Assembly (NCBI GenBank): GCA_951812855.1
Contig: OX638337.1
Location: 1,890,001 to 1,922,000 of the forward strand
DNA: 32,000 nucleotides
Direction: 5' to 3'
Source of the DNA: an uncultured Lentisphaeria bacterium
Lineage (GTDB): Bacteria > Verrucomicrobiota > Lentisphaeria > JABSQK01 > JAJFLO01
Under the pieces are notes generated by a model, which saw only the letters and a list, made by a program, of their open reading frames with translations, ran no database searches and was not told the DNA's origin. This document shows, piece after piece, positions 27,724-32,000 of the stretch. The position numbers were made by a program, and so were the translations under genes. Position 1 is the stretch's first letter; each line of letters starts with the position of its first letter.

Positions 27724-30000
27724 ATGCTTGAAGACATATTAGCGAAAAGTCATCCCAGGGAAACATTAATTCAGCATACCGAAAATATTATATCAAAATG
27801 GGAGGAGCTGAGAAGGCGGTATTCAAGTATTATACTATGCAATGATAAATTTTGGCAACAGTCTTTTTTTTCAGTCTTATTTCATGATTTCGGTAAAATC
27901 GCCGGAAATTTCCAATTTAATATTCACAAAAGCTTAACAAAAGAAAATCAATTATTATTATTAAGGGGAAAATTTATCCCTGGGTTATCATTGGATAATA
28001 ATAATAATAATATCCGACATGAGTTTTTATCCGGACTTTTTTTACTCTATTCAAATCCCGATTTCTATAAAAAATCGCCTCTTGTTGTAATGGCTATATT
28101 TAGCCATCACAAACCTTTAGTAGATACAATATTTCAAGATGATCGTTTTAAGAAATTAATAATAAACCAAGATGATATTGATAAACTAATTTCATTCTGT
28201 TTAGAAAAAGCTAAAACCAAAAAATTTCCAATTGTAATCAATCCAGACCTGGCTCAAACTTTTTGTTCAACCTCTTTGGAAGAACATTATTCCAACTTCC
28301 TGAAAAAATGGAGCTTTAAGAGCCTATTTACAGAACTTGAGCAGAAAGATCGCAGAGTATATATTTGTTATAAAGCAATGCTATGCATAGCTGACTGGCT
28401 TGCATCCGGGGATAACAAACTACCTGTTAATCTTGAATATGATCCTATCTCGTTAAAATCTAAGATTATCAAAAAGTTGAAAACTGAAAATAAAATTGAA
28501 ACTTCTAATGCATTTGAATATAAAAAGTTTCAGCTTGCCAGTTTAAGAAATTCAAGTGTTCTTGCTATTGCTCCAACGGGTAGTGGAAAAACAGAAGCAG
28601 CTTTATTATGGGCTTCGCAAAAAAAAAGTATTGAGAAAATTATATTTTTATTGCCCACCCGCGTCACATCAAATGCAATGTACCGCAGATTGAAATATTA
28701 TTTTGGGCATAACAATACAGCAGTTGTCCATTCTTCAGCATACTTAACTCAAAAAGAATTGGATGATGGTTTTAATAAATTTAACTACCTCCAGGACAAA
28801 ACATTTTTTAAAAACATTACTGTCTGCACAATTGACCAAGTGCTGTCTATAGGTTTCAATGTAGGATATTGGGAAATTAAAACATTCCACCTGAATAATG
28901 CAAGAATAATTATAGATGAAATTCATCTATACAGCCCTTATACATTAGGCTTAATAATCGCAACTATAAGTTATTTGAGTAAAGAATGTAATGCATTGTT
29001 TTACATTATGTCTGCGACAATGCCGGAAAAACTGAAAGGCTTACTATCCAATACTTTTAGGGCTATCGGCTCAAAATTTCAGGTAATTGAAGACAATGAA
29101 CTGCTGAAAGATAAAAGAAATAAATTTTTTATTAAAAACTGTTATGTTGATGAACTAGAAACAGAAATATTAGAAGAATTAAATAGAAAGAAAAAGGTCT
29201 TGTTAGTAGTCAATACAGTAGATGAAGCAATAAGACTTTTTAGAAAATTTAATATGCAACATGGATATAAAACGATATGTTATCATTCAAGATTTATTCA
29301 ATCTGACAAAGTAGAAAAAGAAAGACAAATTCTTTCCCATAATCAACAATCAATTTTATTAATTGCTACACAAGTCGTCGAAGTTTCTTTAGATATTGAT
29401 TTTGACATTTTATTCTCTGAAAATGCACCCATCGATGCAATTGTTCAACGTGCCGGCCGTGTAAATCGAGTTGGGAAAAAATATGGAACGAAGGTCATAA
29501 TCTTCAAACATAATGAGATTTCAGAAAAGATCTACGATATAGCGAATGTTATGGCGAATACATTTGAATCGTTATTGCAGAGAGACGGAGAAGAATTATC
29601 AAACCTTGAGTTAAACGAATTAGTTAATCATGTTTATCGGGATGTAGAAATCGAATCCAGTGAAAATTACAGAGATGGATTAAATAGTTATGAAAAGGTT
29701 CAAAGGCGTTTGCATTATATTAAGGATAACGTAAATATTGATGATGTTTACACTCGAGAGGGGTTAGATACAATCAATGTAATTCCTTCAATGTTTGAAG
29801 AACAATTACACAATGCGGAATTAAACGAAAAAGCTAAGTACGAAATAGCCATCAATTTAAGGCGATTCAGAATGTTGGAATCGTTGGAGAAATCATCTAA
29901 AGATAAAATACACGGATGGATAAACTATGTTGATTGCGAATATAATGCAGATATTGGTTTTGATTTAAATATAGAAAATGAATCAACAATGTTCACTTAA
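27724..30000 (+). CDS. cas3: Cas3 HD-nuclease/helicase fusion
   Basis: HD domain (LFHDFGKI, IRHEFLSG, FSHHKPL) followed by SF2 helicase motifs APTGSGKTEAAL, IIDEIHLY, MSATMP and QRAGRVNR. Confidence 0.9.
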   Translation: MLEDILAKSHPRETLIQHTENIISKWEELRRRYSSIILCNDKFWQQSFFSVLFHDFGKIAGNFQFNIHKSLTKENQLLLLRGKFIPGLSLDNNNNNIRHEFLSGLFLLYSNPDFYKKSPLVVMAIFSHHKPLVDTIFQDDRFKKLIINQDDIDKLISFCLEKAKTKKFPIVINPDLAQTFCSTSLEEHYSNFLKKWSFKSLFTELEQKDRRVYICYKAMLCIADWLASGDNKLPVNLEYDPISLKSKIIKKLKTENKIETSNAFEYKKFQLASLRNSSVLAIAPTGSGKTEAALLWASQKKSIEKIIFLLPTRVTSNAMYRRLKYYFGHNNTAVVHSSAYLTQKELDDGFNKFNYLQDKTFFKNITVCTIDQVLSIGFNVGYWEIKTFHLNNARIIIDEIHLYSPYTLGLIIATISYLSKECNALFYIMSATMPEKLKGLLSNTFRAIGSKFQVIEDNELLKDKRNKFFIKNCYVDELETEILEELNRKKKVLLVVNTVDEAIRLFRKFNMQHGYKTICYHSRFIQSDKVEKERQILSHNQQSILLIATQVVEVSLDIDFDILFSENAPIDAIVQRAGRVNRVGKKYGTKVIIFKHNEISEKIYDIANVMANTFESLLQRDGEELSNLELNELVNHVYRDVEIESSENYRDGLNSYEKVQRRLHYIKDNVNIDDVYTREGLDTINVIPSMFEEQLHNAELNEKAKYEIAINLRRFRMLESLEKSSKDKIHGWINYVDCEYNADIGFDLNIENESTMFT

Positions 30001-30593
30001 TGAATGAATCTAATTTATTCCTAACTCCATCTCATTTATTGGAATATTTATATTGCCCTCGATTCACGTATTATGAATATGCCTTGAATATTCCTCAACG
30101 GGAGGAAAAGCGTTACAAGGTTCAAAAAGGCAAAGATATTCATGAGATTAGAAAGAAGGTTAATGCAGGTTATTTGCGTAAAAAACTTGGAGTTGTTAAA
30201 AAGGAATCAGATGTAGAGTTGAATTGTCCGGACCTTCAATTAAGGGGGAAAGTCGATGATTTACTCTATTTAGATGACGGGACTATGGCCCCGTTTGATT
30301 ATAAGTATGCAGAATTTAAGCAGCGATTGTGGAAAACATTTAGAGTACAGGAAACTCTTTATGCCCTGATGATCAATCATATTTATAAGGTTGAGGTAAC
30401 CCGTGCAATCCTTTGTTTCACACGATCAAAATATAAGATTGTTGAACTGGAATTGAAAGAAAAGGATTATCTATTTGCGAAAGTGAGTCTGGATAATTGT
30501 CTGGAAATAATTCAAAATGGTATTTACCCTGAACCGACGTCGGTCCGGGAACGGTGTAGGGATTGTGCATATAAAAATATTTGTATACAATAA
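30000..30593 (+). CDS. cas4: Cas4 RecB-like exonuclease with Fe-S cysteines
   Basis: N-terminal CPRFTYYEY; nuclease core GKVDDLLYLDDGTMAPFDYKY; C-terminal CRDCAYKNIC. The TAATG start overlaps the cas3 stop by 1 nt. Confidence 0.9.
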   Translation: MNESNLFLTPSHLLEYLYCPRFTYYEYALNIPQREEKRYKVQKGKDIHEIRKKVNAGYLRKKLGVVKKESDVELNCPDLQLRGKVDDLLYLDDGTMAPFDYKYAEFKQRLWKTFRVQETLYALMINHIYKVEVTRAILCFTRSKYKIVELELKEKDYLFAKVSLDNCLEIIQNGIYPEPTSVRERCRDCAYKNICIQ

Positions 30594-30595
30594 TT

Positions 30596-31651
30596 ATGCA
30601 ATTAGTCATTAATTCATTTGGTGCAAGTTTAAATCGAAATGGCGAACTGTTCAAAATAGTGGTTGCTGACAGGAAAGTTGAAGTTGCAGCTCGAAAAATA
30701 CAATCAATTCTGATTACCACCAGCGTTCATTTTACAAGTGATGCAATATTACTGGCAATCGAACATAATATTGATGTTGTACTGCTTGATAAGTATGGTA
30801 AGCCATTTGGTCGATTTTGGAATGGAACAATGGGAAGTACATCAGCTATTCGACGGCATCAACTGAAAATGGCTGAAAGTTATAGCGGGTTATTAGTCAT
30901 TAAAGAGTGGACGAAGATTAAATTAGAGAATCAGAAAGAATTTCTATTAGAACTGCAAAGACGACGTCCCGGGAAAGATGCTTTGTTTATACCAAATATC
31001 AATCGGATCGAAAACGCGATTGTTAACCTTGAATCAGTTGATGGGACACCATTGGAATCGGCACAAAAAATAATGGGTCTTGAAGGAACGGCAGGAGCGG
31101 CCTATTGGTCGGTAATTGGTCAATTGCCACCCGGGGAATTTCAGACAAAAAAGCGTTCTAAACATCCGGCACTTGACCCTTTGAACGCAATGATAAATTA
31201 TGGATACGGTGTCTTATATGCAAAAGTAGAACGTGCTTGTATTATCGCCGGCCTTGATCCCTACACAGGGTTTGTCCATACAGATAATTATAATAAAAAA
31301 TCTCTTGTTTTTGATCTTATCGAACTATTTCGAATTTTTGTAGATCGAACAGTACTAAAGCTTTTTACAGGCAGACGATGTAAAAAGCAGATGTTCAGAA
31401 AAGATTCATCCGGCGCTGTCATTTTAGAAAAAGACGCAAAAGAACTCTTATTAAATAATCTGAATGAATATTTAGCAGAAAAAGTGCGCTATAAAGTGAA
31501 ATCCTCTAAAAAAAACAAAACACGTCAAATTAAGCGATTGGATACAATTCAATCGGAAGCACATACACTGGCCAATCGCATTTTAGGTAAAGACATAAAT
31601 CACATTCCTAAAATTATTGGGATTGAGGAATTATTTCAGGAAACATCTTAA
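30596..31651 (+). CDS. cas1: Cas1 integrase
   Basis: GLEGTAGAAYW, DPLNAMINYGYGVLY and TGFVHTDNYNKKSLVFDLIELFR are Cas1 core motifs. I prefer ATG 30596 (MQLVINSFG), 3 nt after the cas4 stop, over the tracked TTG at 30581. Confidence 0.9.
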   Translation: MQLVINSFGASLNRNGELFKIVVADRKVEVAARKIQSILITTSVHFTSDAILLAIEHNIDVVLLDKYGKPFGRFWNGTMGSTSAIRRHQLKMAESYSGLLVIKEWTKIKLENQKEFLLELQRRRPGKDALFIPNINRIENAIVNLESVDGTPLESAQKIMGLEGTAGAAYWSVIGQLPPGEFQTKKRSKHPALDPLNAMINYGYGVLYAKVERACIIAGLDPYTGFVHTDNYNKKSLVFDLIELFRIFVDRTVLKLFTGRRCKKQMFRKDSSGAVILEKDAKELLLNNLNEYLAEKVRYKVKSSKKNKTRQIKRLDTIQSEAHTLANRILGKDINHIPKIIGIEELFQETS

Positions 31652-31667
31652 AAGAGTTAAGTTTATC

Positions 31668-31958
31668 ATGCTTGTTTGGATTATATATGATATATCCTCA
31701 GATCGCGACCGCACTAAAATTGTGAAGTTTTGCAGGGAATGTGGCTTAATCCGCGTTCAATACAGTGTGTTTTTTGGAAATATCCCTAAAAATGCGGTTG
31801 ATACAATTGCTGAGAAAAGTAAAGATTTAATAGATGTAAAAACAGATGGTGTATTTATTATACCTATCTCTGAGGACGATTTTGAAAAGAAAATAATGAT
31901 TGGCAAAAATTTTGATGAAGATTTTGCAACAGGTAAACAGCAAACTTTAATTCTTTAA
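31668..31958 (+). CDS. cas2: Cas2
   Basis: MLVWIIYDISSDRDRTKIVKFCRECGLIRVQYSVFFG is the canonical Cas2 ferredoxin-fold start. ATG 31668 gives 96 aa, whereas the tracked start at 31617 would overlap cas1. Confidence 0.85.
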   Translation: MLVWIIYDISSDRDRTKIVKFCRECGLIRVQYSVFFGNIPKNAVDTIAEKSKDLIDVKTDGVFIIPISEDDFEKKIMIGKNFDEDFATGKQQTLIL

Positions 31959-32000
31959 CGTTAAACTTTAACTGTTGCTTTATACTTAATTATTTTTATT

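Overview
AT-rich chromosomal segment from a diderm (Gram-negative-type) bacterium; I cannot place it taxonomically from sequence alone. Strong AAGGAG-type ribosome-binding sites are in use.

- **1-17.2 kb: ordinary housekeeping genes.** These are the lnt 3' end, mlaC-mlaA, an M48 protease, pgsA, recQ, nnr, nadE, mutY, dinB, gap, purM and a dksA/traR-like gene. Two features interrupt them: back-to-back transposase fossils at 0.74-1.19 kb, and a ~180-nt G+C-rich, helix-forming intergenic element at 12.96-13.13 kb.
- **17.4-18.1 kb:** a decayed FAD-dependent oxidoreductase pseudogene.
- **18.1-23.0 kb (minus strand):** a tightly packed, partly overlapping six-gene membrane operon. It encodes a zinc-ribbon-fused MotA/ExbB-type proton channel, two atypical ExbD-like single-pass proteins, a membrane-anchored helical-repeat protein, a PrsW-like intramembrane protease and an MscS-like channel. 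I consider this the best candidate for an undescribed system.
- **23.6-32.0 kb (plus strand, divergent from that operon):** a complete type I-B cas operon (cas6-cas8b-cas7-cas5-cas3-cas4-cas1-cas2). Its large subunit is very divergent. No CRISPR array is visible in the window; it presumably starts beyond base 32000.

No tRNA, rRNA or CRISPR repeats were found.
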